Source of the DNA: an uncultured Muribaculaceae bacterium
GTDB taxonomy: Bacteria; Bacillota_I; Bacilli_A; RF39; UBA660
Length of the DNA stretch: 35,049 bases
Assembly (NCBI GenBank): GCA_964370615.1
Contig: CAYJJY010000001.1
Location: 1-35,049, forward strand
Direction of reading: 5' to 3'
Part shown: positions 18,433 to 25,564 of the stretch, one piece after another
Layout: each line of letters begins with the position of its first letter
How positions within the stretch are numbered: the first letter of the stretch is position 1
Position numbers and translations under genes: made by a program
Notes under the pieces: model-generated
What the model saw: only the letters and a program-made list of their open reading frames with translations
What the model was told of the DNA's origin: nothing
The model's database searches: none

Positions 18433-18485
18433 GCTTCTCACCTATTTAATATTATGTAATTAATTTTAAAAAGTGAATATTTTAA

Positions 18486-20339
18486 TTATGGTTTTACTAT
18501 GAAATTAATATTGGCTGCTTTTTCACTTGAATTATTGAAGTTTAAAGCGTCTTGGGTTGTTTTAGCATAGGCTGTTGTGACTTTAGTTGTTTGGGTAAAC
18601 ATTTTTGAGAAATCATTTACTTTACTGGTATCAAAACTACTTAAATCGAGTGTTTCTAATCTTGTTGCATAATTAAACATTCTAGTCATCGTTGTGACGT
18701 TACTGGTATCGAATGATGTTAAAATGATATTTTTAGCTGCAGAACCTGAAAACATTACGGCCATACTTGTTACTTTACTAGTATTAAAATTACTTAAATC
18801 TAAATTTTCTAAACTGTACATGTACCCAAACATTTGAGTCATCGTTGTGACGTTGCTGGTATCAAAAGAGCTCACATCTATAGTTTTTATTTTTGACACA
18901 TTAGTAAACATATAATTCATGTTAGTTACATTTTTTGTGTTGAAGGATGTTAAATTTATATCTGTAAGACTAATTGTACTGGCAAACATATTAAGCATAC
19001 TTGTTACTTTACTGGTATTAAAATTACTTAAATCTAAAGTTGTTATAGATTGAACATTATTAAACATATTGGTCATATTAATAACATTTGATGTGTCTAT
19101 AGATGATAAATCCAGACTTAATAATTTACTGTTATTTTGAAATAAATATGACATATCGGTAACATTACTTGTATCTAAAGCATTGTTAAAGTTTATATTT
19201 TCTAAAGCGATAAATTTACAAAATAATGATTTGTATTGATTATTATAAGTTGTACAATACCCTCCTAATTTTTCATGAGCAATAATTTTTCCGTTTGATT
19301 CTATATTAAGAATTTGTCTTCCTTCTACTTCTTCAATGTAACCAACAACAACTTCATTATTATCTTCTGATAAATCCCATTTAATTGTAGCTGTTTCATA
19401 TTTACCACTTTTACTTGATAAAAAATTTATTTCTTTTATTGTATCACGATAAGTTCCAATTTTATTTTGAAATTCTTCACCACTTATCATTAAATTAGGT
19501 TCGGTAATTGTGATATTGATAGATTTTGTTACTTTTAAATTGTTGTTACCATTTGCTGTACATGTCACTTGATTTAATCCATCTTTTAATTCTATGGTAT
19601 TATTAAAATCACACAATAATTCACCACCACTTATTCCGAAAGAATATGTGAAAAATTCTTTTATTTCGTTGTTTGTATTTTTTAATAGTGTTATATTCAG
19701 TTCTTTTGCTTCTAAAACCGGTGTGGTTTTATCTAGTTTAAATTCTTGGCAAACAACTTCTGATTGTTTTCCGTAATTTTGCGCTACAGCACAAACGGTA
19801 TGGACACCTTCTTCTACTATTAAAATTTCACCTGTTTTATTGGGTATACATTCAGTGTTACTAACACAATATTGGTATGAATTTCCATTCGTAATTACAT
19901 TTACTTTTATATCTTCATTGTACCAATTAAAAGTATTACTAATTTCGATTGTTACTTTATAACTGTCATTATCATCATCCGGGTTACATTCTTCTTCATA
20001 CTTGAAATCATATTGGGAAATTTCGTTTTTCCAAGCATAAACTATACAACCTTCTAAAGTTTCATTGGTTAGAGGATTTTTGGGTATTTCATTAATGAAA
20101 CCATCATCTATTAATTCTTCAAATTCTATTGTCTTATAATTATTATTTTCATAACCTAAATTATTTTTTGTTGAAAAAAGGGTTGCTTGTTTGATTAATA
20201 TATTGATTTGTTCTTCATAAGCTACCTGCTTTGATTCATTTATAATACTGTTAACAATTGGGGTTGCTATAGCTAAAATTATACCTAAAATAACTAATAC
20301 TCCAAGTAATTCTACTAATGTGAATGCTTTTTTCATCAT
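18486..20339 (-). CDS. type IV prepilin-like N-terminus fused to Ig-like segments and about 9 DUF285 (BspA-type LRR) repeats
   Basis: MMKKA/FTLVELLGVLVILGIILAIATPIV is a class III (prepilin) signal with Glu at +5. The C-terminal half has ~25-aa repeats (LDLSNFNTSKVTSMLNMF, LTSFDTSNVTTMTRMF ...) typical of DUF285. Confidence 0.85.
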   Translation of the reverse strand: MMKKAFTLVELLGVLVILGIILAIATPIVNSIINESKQVAYEEQINILIKQATLFSTKNNLGYENNNYKTIEFEELIDDGFINEIPKNPLTNETLEGCIVYAWKNEISQYDFKYEEECNPDDDNDSYKVTIEISNTFNWYNEDIKVNVITNGNSYQYCVSNTECIPNKTGEILIVEEGVHTVCAVAQNYGKQSEVVCQEFKLDKTTPVLEAKELNITLLKNTNNEIKEFFTYSFGISGGELLCDFNNTIELKDGLNQVTCTANGNNNLKVTKSINITITEPNLMISGEEFQNKIGTYRDTIKEINFLSSKSGKYETATIKWDLSEDNNEVVVGYIEEVEGRQILNIESNGKIIAHEKLGGYCTTYNNQYKSLFCKFIALENINFNNALDTSNVTDMSYLFQNNSKLLSLDLSSIDTSNVINMTNMFNNVQSITTLDLSNFNTSKVTSMLNMFASTISLTDINLTSFNTKNVTNMNYMFTNVSKIKTIDVSSFDTSNVTTMTQMFGYMYSLENLDLSNFNTSKVTSMAVMFSGSAAKNIILTSFDTSNVTTMTRMFNYATRLETLDLSSFDTSKVNDFSKMFTQTTKVTTAYAKTTQDALNFNNSSEKAANINFIVKP

Positions 20340-20358
20340 ATCCTCCTGACTATATAAA

Positions 20359-20387
20359 ATTGTATCATTTTATAAACTTATTAACAA
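20359..20387 (-). promoter_or_regulatory. sigma-A type promoter for the prepilin-DUF285 gene
   Basis: Minus strand TTGTTA, 17 nt, TACAAT with a TG extension. Lies between the rpoE terminator and the gene. Confidence 0.55.
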
Positions 20388-20407
20388 GAGTAAATTTCAT
20401 TTGATAA

Positions 20408-20433
20408 TAAAAAAAAGACATATTTTATGTCTT
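20408..20433 (-). terminator. intrinsic terminator after rpoE
   Basis: Minus strand AAGACAT-AAAAT-ATGTCTT followed by T8. Overlaps the TAA stop. Confidence 0.75.
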
Positions 20434-20869
20434 AATCTTCTAAATCTTCTTCTAATTCATCTTCTGCTAAAATAGTTAAATCATCACCTAAATCATCATC
20501 AACATCATCATCAACTTCGTCAATATCTGCTATTTCATCATCGATTATTTCTTCCTCAACTTCGATTTCAGTTTCTTCTTCATCTTCGATTTCTTCTTCT
20601 TCATCAAGAGTTAATTCAATCGCGTGTTTTTCTCTTAAATCCCATTCATTATTTTCTAAGAAAACAAATCTTTTATCGATTGTTAGTGATGTGTAATAAT
20701 CTCCAATTTTATCTCCGAATTCACTATCACTATATTCTAATAAATCACAGATTTTTTTAAATATAGTTGGTGTATTTAAAGATTTTTTTTCTTCTTTTAA
20801 AATGATTTCTGTTAGATCAGTAAATGATAATAAATCTAACTCTTTTTTTGTCAATTCGTTTAATTTCAT
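20432..20869 (-). CDS. rpoE: DNA-directed RNA polymerase delta subunit
   Basis: N-terminal HARE-HTH-like domain (LSFTDLTEIILKEEKKSLNTPTIFKKICDLLEYSD...DKRFVFLENNEWDLREKH) plus an extremely acidic D/E C-terminal tail. SD GTGGAGG. Confidence 0.9.
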   Translation of the reverse strand: MKLNELTKKELDLLSFTDLTEIILKEEKKSLNTPTIFKKICDLLEYSDSEFGDKIGDYYTSLTIDKRFVFLENNEWDLREKHAIELTLDEEEEIEDEEETEIEVEEEIIDDEIADIDEVDDDVDDDLGDDLTILAEDELEEDLED

Positions 20870-20920
20870 AAACAGCCTCCACTTTAACTAATTTTATATT
20901 ATGTAGTTTTTTAAAAAACA

Positions 20921-22615
20921 TTACATCTTTGTTGGTATTTCTATTATTAATAGATTTAACATATCTTTGATTAATTGATTTGTATATTTTATTAATAATA
21001 GCCATTGTTGTTTTTTTGTTTCTTCTTGACCGATCATATGATTCGTTTGATAAAAACTATTACAATTTACTGATAAATCATAGATAAATTCAGCGATATG
21101 ATTCGGCATTTTTTCATTGAATGCTGAATTAATATATTTTTCAAATTGTAATAATTTGATTCGTAAATCTCGATCTACATCATTATATATTAAATTATTT
21201 AAATTTTCAATATCTATTTGTTCATTTTTTAAAATTTTATTCATTCTTAAATATGTATATAGTATGTATGGTCCTGTTTTACCAACGACATTTGAAAATT
21301 TTTCGATATCAAATATATAATCTTTCTCACGATTGTTTTGTAAATCAGCAAATTTTATAATAGCATTCATTATTTTATTAATGTCTTCTTCTTGCATGTC
21401 TTGATTTGATTCTTTTATACTTATAAATACTTCTTTTACTTGATTAAATAAATCATCTAATTTAAATGCTTCACCACTTCTTGTTTTAAATGGTTTTCCA
21501 TCGCTTCCATTTACAGTTCCGTAATCTAAGTGTTTTAAACCAATATTTTTGGTAATTCCCCATTTGTTACAGGCTCTAAATACTTGTTCGAAATGGAGTG
21601 ATTGTCTGTTATCAACTATATATAAGATATTATTTACATTAAATTGTGTTACACGTTCATAAATGGAACCCATATCAGTTGTTCCGTATAAATAGGCTCC
21701 GTTACTTTTTTGGAATAATAATGGTGGTATTTCTTTTTTATCTTCTTTTTCTTCAACTTCTATTACTAAAGCATTATTACTTTCTTTAAGAATGTTTTTA
21801 TCTAATAAATCTTTTTTTATTGTTTCTATATATTTATAAGAATCACTTTCACCTAACCATAAATCAAATTCTACACCTAGGAAGTCGTAAATTCTTTTTA
21901 TGTCTCCGATAGATACTTCACAAATTTTTTGCCAAATTTCATGATATTCTTTATTTCCTTCTTGTAAATCTTTAGTGATTTTCGCACATTTTTCTAAAAT
22001 AACTTCGTCTTCTTTACATAGTTTACTCATTTTAGGGTATGTTTTATCTAAGTATTCTAATGTTATTTCTTCTAATTTTAAATTATCACTTATAACTCCA
22101 TAAATTACTTGTCCAATTTGTAATCCATAATCACCTAAGTGAACATCACTTATTGTATTATGTCCCATAAATTTAATAATTCTTTTGATTGATTCACCTA
22201 TTATAGCTGTTCTTAAATGACCAACATGTAATGGTTTGGCTATATTAGGTCCACCATAATCTAAATAATATGTTTCTATATGTTCTGGTTTTTTTAGGTT
22301 GTAATTTTCACTATTAAACATTTTATTTATTTGATTATTTATGAATTCATCACTTAAAGTTATGTTGATGAAACCTGGTTTTACAAATTCTACTTTTGTA
22401 AAATAGTCATTAAAATTTTCTATTGTGTTGATGTTATTTACAATTTGTTCGCCAATTTCAATTGGTGATTTTTTGTAAATAGCTGCTAGTTTAAATATAT
22501 CATCACTTTGATAATCACATAAATCAGGTCGATTTGAAATAATTACTCGTGGGTTATATTCATATCCACTTTCTTTAAAGATATTTGCTAAGATATTTTG
22601 TAATAATTCAATCAT
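20921..22615 (-). CDS. argS: arginine--tRNA ligase
   Basis: 564 aa with the class I HIGH-type motif (PNIAKPLHVGHLRTAIIGESI) and a C-terminal DALR anticodon-binding region ending ...IIEIPTKM. Confidence 0.95.
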   Translation of the reverse strand: MIELLQNILANIFKESGYEYNPRVIISNRPDLCDYQSDDIFKLAAIYKKSPIEIGEQIVNNINTIENFNDYFTKVEFVKPGFINITLSDEFINNQINKMFNSENYNLKKPEHIETYYLDYGGPNIAKPLHVGHLRTAIIGESIKRIIKFMGHNTISDVHLGDYGLQIGQVIYGVISDNLKLEEITLEYLDKTYPKMSKLCKEDEVILEKCAKITKDLQEGNKEYHEIWQKICEVSIGDIKRIYDFLGVEFDLWLGESDSYKYIETIKKDLLDKNILKESNNALVIEVEEKEDKKEIPPLLFQKSNGAYLYGTTDMGSIYERVTQFNVNNILYIVDNRQSLHFEQVFRACNKWGITKNIGLKHLDYGTVNGSDGKPFKTRSGEAFKLDDLFNQVKEVFISIKESNQDMQEEDINKIMNAIIKFADLQNNREKDYIFDIEKFSNVVGKTGPYILYTYLRMNKILKNEQIDIENLNNLIYNDVDRDLRIKLLQFEKYINSAFNEKMPNHIAEFIYDLSVNCNSFYQTNHMIGQEETKKQQWLLLIKYTNQLIKDMLNLLIIEIPTKM

Positions 22616-22931
22616 TTATTTCCTCCAATGTATATTTTATTTTTTCGCCACCTAAAACTTTATATTCTATGTGGTAGTGGTTATTATTTATAATTTTATC
22701 AGTTTTTATTTCAATTGTAAATTTTTTATTTTCGATTTCACAAATATTTTTTGTTATAGTTTTTTCTTTGAATTTTAAATTTAATTTATATGTTTTATTT
22801 TTTCTTGTTATGATGTTTTTTTTTGTATCAACGACAACTATAAATTCTTGGTCTTTGTATGTATATATATTATCTTTTTTTATGGCTTTATAGGTGTTTT
22901 TTTTATCGTTTAAAGTTATTAAAATATTCAT
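22608..22931 (-). CDS. DUF1934 domain protein (YwiB-like)
   Basis: 107-aa beta-rich small protein overlapping the argS start by 8 nt. Same position as ywiB upstream of argS in Bacillus. Confidence 0.65.
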   Translation of the reverse strand: MNILITLNDKKNTYKAIKKDNIYTYKDQEFIVVVDTKKNIITRKNKTYKLNLKFKEKTITKNICEIENKKFTIEIKTDKIINNNHYHIEYKVLGGEKIKYTLEEIND

Positions 22932-22949
22932 GACATCACTTCCATAGGA

Positions 22950-22978
22950 ATTATAACATATAAGAGTTATAATATCAA
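22950..22978 (-). promoter_or_regulatory. sigma-A type promoter for DUF1934-argS
   Basis: Minus strand TTGATA, 17 nt, TATAAT. The 5' UTR is short, with no room for a T-box leader. Confidence 0.6.
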
Positions 22979-22979
22979 T

Positions 22980-23003
22980 AAAAAAAGAAGTATCTTACTT
23001 CTT
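22980..23003 (-). terminator. intrinsic terminator after the OapA-like gene
   Basis: Minus strand AAGAAGTA-AGA-TACTTCTT followed by a T-run. Overlaps the TAA stop. Confidence 0.7.
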
Positions 23004-23552
23004 CAGTGTTAATATATTGGAAAATGTATATAATATCTCATTACTTTTATTTATGGCAATTGATTTGCACATTGCTTTTCCACCGATTGTAAGTGCTGCT
23101 ATTATTGCTGTTACAATTAGTGTCACGATAAATAAATCGATATAAAATGTATTTGATATTGTGATTGAGATACTTATCCCAACGCTTCCTGATATAATCC
23201 CACAAACATCACCAATAACATCGTTACAAAATGATGCTACTCTATCGGCATTTTTTTTAAGTTTAACTGCCATTTTCGCCCCTCTTATTTTACGAGAACT
23301 CATTGAATGAAATGGTGCTTCATCTGCTGTTGTTACTGCTACTCCTACCATATCAAACATTATTCCAAATGATATAAACAGTATTAGTATTATTATAGCT
23401 ACAAAGAAGTTAACTTGCGGGATGAATGTTTCTGATAATCCTGATAGACAGAAACTTATTATGAAAGCTATGATTGTAACTTTAAATATCCAGTTAAAAT
23501 CTACTATTTTTTTTTCTTTTTTTTCGATTTGTTTTTTTATTTCTTTTTTCAT
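22995..23552 (-). CDS. oapA: small four-TM DUF21/CNNM-transmembrane-like protein; candidate OapA (OLE-associated protein A)
   Basis: 185 aa. After a basic N-terminus come 4 hydrophobic segments. Central ADEAPFHSMSSRKIRGAKMAVKLKKNADRVASFCNDVIGDVCG resembles the DUF21 core and contains DVIGD (DxxxD). Lies immediately downstream of the large ncRNA. SD AAGGAGAAAT. Confidence 0.55.
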   Translation of the reverse strand: MKKEIKKQIEKKEKKIVDFNWIFKVTIIAFIISFCLSGLSETFIPQVNFFVAIIILILFISFGIMFDMVGVAVTTADEAPFHSMSSRKIRGAKMAVKLKKNADRVASFCNDVIGDVCGIISGSVGISISITISNTFYIDLFIVTLIVTAIIAALTIGGKAMCKSIAINKSNEILYTFSNILTLKK

Positions 23553-23565
23553 ATTTCTCCTTAAT

Positions 23566-24172
23566 AAAAAAAGAGTTATAAACTCTGTAAATGGCTTTTA
23601 ATACAGTAAACTTTACGTCTTTAGGTCAAGTTGGATTTCCCTTGATTTAACTTACCGTTACCAGTAAAGCGGTTCCCCTTTAATAAATCAAATACGTTGT
23701 TACCAATCGTATGACTTGATTGCCACTTAGTACGCACTGCAATCCTATATTAAGCACTCTAGGAAATTTCTCCCCCGACTGTTTATTATTAATTCTTTTT
23801 TGCAAGATATGTTTCAATGAGCAATTCTAATTTAAGTTAGCTAAACTATAAATTATAAGATCTCATATTCCCATATTTCACGCAAGACAAGCTACACTAC
23901 TCGTAACTTTTCGCCACATAGTAGGTTTAATCCTAATTCGTCATTAATCCATCAACATGGTGTGTATAGGTTAATAACAAGTATAGGTCTCCGCAAGTAG
24001 TTGGGTCAATTGCGCATGCCATTGCGGTTGCCCAAAAACTCTTTCTTCCAGCACTCACCCTAAACTGGGCGTATAAAGCAAGCACAAGAAGCTTCACAGG
24101 TATGCTCTATTAATGGTGGTTTAATCCCATCTTCATAATAAACATTATCGACTAGAATAATGTGCCATTCCG
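23566..24172 (-). ncRNA. ole: large (~600 nt) structured non-coding RNA; best contextual fit OLE RNA (unverified)
   Basis: No ORF of 60 aa or more in any frame. GC about 37% by hand count, versus the mid-20s for the flanks. Own consensus promoter (24179-24207). 5' GAATGGC (24170-24164) pairs with 3' GCCATTT (23595-23589). A terminator hairpin lies at 23572-23586 plus a T-run. Ends are approximate. Confidence 0.6.
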
Positions 24173-24178
24173 TAAATA

Positions 24179-24207
24179 ATATTAACATATTTTTAAATTT
24201 ATGTCAA
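24179..24207 (-). promoter_or_regulatory. near-consensus sigma-A promoter driving the large ncRNA
   Basis: Minus strand TTGACA, 17 nt, TAATAT with a TG extension (aTGtTAATAT), directly after the upstream gene's terminator. Confidence 0.7.
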
Positions 24208-24219
24208 ATTTGAATATTT

Positions 24220-24240
24220 AAAAAAAGCAAATTATTTTGC
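24220..24240 (-). terminator. intrinsic terminator after the FMN-binding lipoprotein gene
   Basis: Minus strand GCAAA-ATAA-TTTGC followed by T7. Overlaps the stop codon. Confidence 0.6.
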
Positions 24241-24678
24241 TTCTTCTAATGCATTATTTAATGCTTCTACTAAAGATTCAATTTGAACTGTACATCCACT
24301 AATTGTATCTGTTTTTCCATTTTCATCTAAAGTAATAAAATCAATTCCTTGATTATCTATAACAGCTTGTTCTAATGCTTTTATTTGTTCATACCATTCC
24401 CAATCTGATTGACCATAATCTGAATTTCCAGTTTTCATTCCGTAAGAATCACCTAAAGCTTTTTTAGTTGTTACCTCACCTGTATAAGTTGTATAAGTTG
24501 TATCTAAATATACTGAAGTTATTTTTCCTTCACTATCAACTATAATTTCGGCTGTTGATGTATTTTCTTTTCCACCATAAGTGTCGATTGCCGTTCCTGT
24601 GAATGTTCCTTCTTTTAAATTGCTATTACATCCTGTAAAAATGAATGCACAAGCCACTAAAATTATTAATTTTTTCAT
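24232..24678 (-). CDS. FMN-binding domain lipoprotein (probable ApbE substrate)
   Basis: Lipobox LVACAFIFTG/C and FMN_bind-like fold. C-terminal DTISGCT matches the Dxx(S/T)G(A)(S/T) flavinylation motif, with Cys in place of Ala. Confidence 0.8.
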   Translation of the reverse strand: MKKLIILVACAFIFTGCNSNLKEGTFTGTAIDTYGGKENTSTAEIIVDSEGKITSVYLDTTYTTYTGEVTTKKALGDSYGMKTGNSDYGQSDWEWYEQIKALEQAVIDNQGIDFITLDENGKTDTISGCTVQIESLVEALNNALEEAK

Positions 24679-24710
24679 TTTTTATCTCCTACCTTCTTAA
24701 TAATTATATA

Positions 24711-25211
24711 TTATTCATATAACAATTGCAAGTTTTCTTTAAAATAATTATTTAAATATTTACAAATTATTCCTGTAATTATACCAGATATAATGCTAAA
24801 AAATAAGATGAATGGTAAATAGTAACTTACATTAATTTGAGATATTAAAAAGATGGTTAGTATTTGACCAATACTATGACCAACTGCACCTATTATACTT
24901 ACACCTATTTCTGAAAATATTTTTTTGGCTATATACATTAATATTAAACTAATTATAACTCCTGTTAGACTCATAAAAAATGCTGTTGAAAATATACCTG
25001 TTCTTAAAATACCTACTAAGAAAACTCTTAAAACAGCTAAATAAATGGCATCTTTAAAAGAAAATTGATACAGTACAAATAAAGTGATTATGTTAGCTAA
25101 TCCTAGTCTTAATCCTGGTATTTGTCCTGAAAAAAATGGAATGCTTGCTTCTATAATATTTAGAACTATAGCTAGTGATAATAAAAGGGATAATCTGATA
25201 AATTTTTTCAT
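24711..25211 (-). CDS. Gx transporter family membrane protein (Hpre_diP_synt_I family)
   Basis: 166 aa, 5 TM segments; LAIVLNIIEASIPFFSGQIPGLRLGLANIITLFVL is characteristic of this family. Confidence 0.8.
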   Translation of the reverse strand: MKKFIRLSLLLSLAIVLNIIEASIPFFSGQIPGLRLGLANIITLFVLYQFSFKDAIYLAVLRVFLVGILRTGIFSTAFFMSLTGVIISLILMYIAKKIFSEIGVSIIGAVGHSIGQILTIFLISQINVSYYLPFILFFSIISGIITGIICKYLNNYFKENLQLLYE

Positions 25212-25564
25212 TAATGTACCTCGGTATCTATTTCATTTCCGCCAATTTCGATTAATATTTTATTGGGTAAACAAACTATTTGTTGATTGGATTTACTTAT
25301 AAATCCTTGATTGGAGCAGATGTTATAATTACTGGTTTCTTCTGTTACTCTTATCTGATTATTTAAAACTTCAAGAACTACTTTTCCATTAAAACCTTCT
25401 ACTTCATAAGTATTATTTATTTTTAAATCGATTTCTTTTATTAAAGTACTTTCATAATAAACATATGCTATATCAGCAGGTTGTTGGTTTAAATTAATAA
25501 ATAGTATTAATATTAAAATAATTACTAATAAAATTAGTATTAAAATAAAATCATTTTTCTTCAT
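25211..25564 (-). CDS. NusG domain II-containing membrane-anchored protein
   Basis: TM anchor followed by ...VEGFNGKVVLEVLNNQIRVTEETSNYNICSNQGFISKSNQQIVCLPNKILIEI (NusG_II pattern with conserved Cys). ATG at 25564; the track start at 25579 is GTG. Confidence 0.8.
   Translation of the reverse strand: MKKNDFILILILLVIILILILFINLNQQPADIAYVYYESTLIKEIDLKINNTYEVEGFNGKVVLEVLNNQIRVTEETSNYNICSNQGFISKSNQQIVCLPNKILIEIGGNEIDTEVH

Noticed and set aside
18486-19250. Tandem ~75-nt DNA periodicity that could suggest a CRISPR array or satellite.
   Set aside because: The periodicity lies entirely within an open reading frame and corresponds to the 25-aa DUF285 protein repeats. There is no repeat-spacer architecture.
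20817-21005. 62-aa minus-strand ORF overlapping the argS 3' end and the rpoE start.
   Set aside because: It overlaps two confidently assigned genes in a different frame, has no SD, and gives a basic low-complexity translation. Judged spurious.
23566-24172. Alternative identities for the non-coding region: RNase P RNA, tmRNA, SRP RNA, a T-box leader, an M-box or other riboswitch for the downstream DUF21-like gene, or a group II intron.
   Set aside because: I could not find the diagnostic elements on either strand. There is no GAGGAAAGTCC / ACAxAAxxxGGCTTA pair for RNase P. There is no tRNA-like GGGG...TTCGA...CCACCA end or tag ORF for tmRNA. There is no T-box sequence or specifier arrangement. 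There is no GTGYG 5' end or domain V for group II introns. At ~600 nt, with its own terminator before the SD of the next gene, the region is far longer than known Mg or Mn riboswitches. These remain controls to run by covariance-model search.
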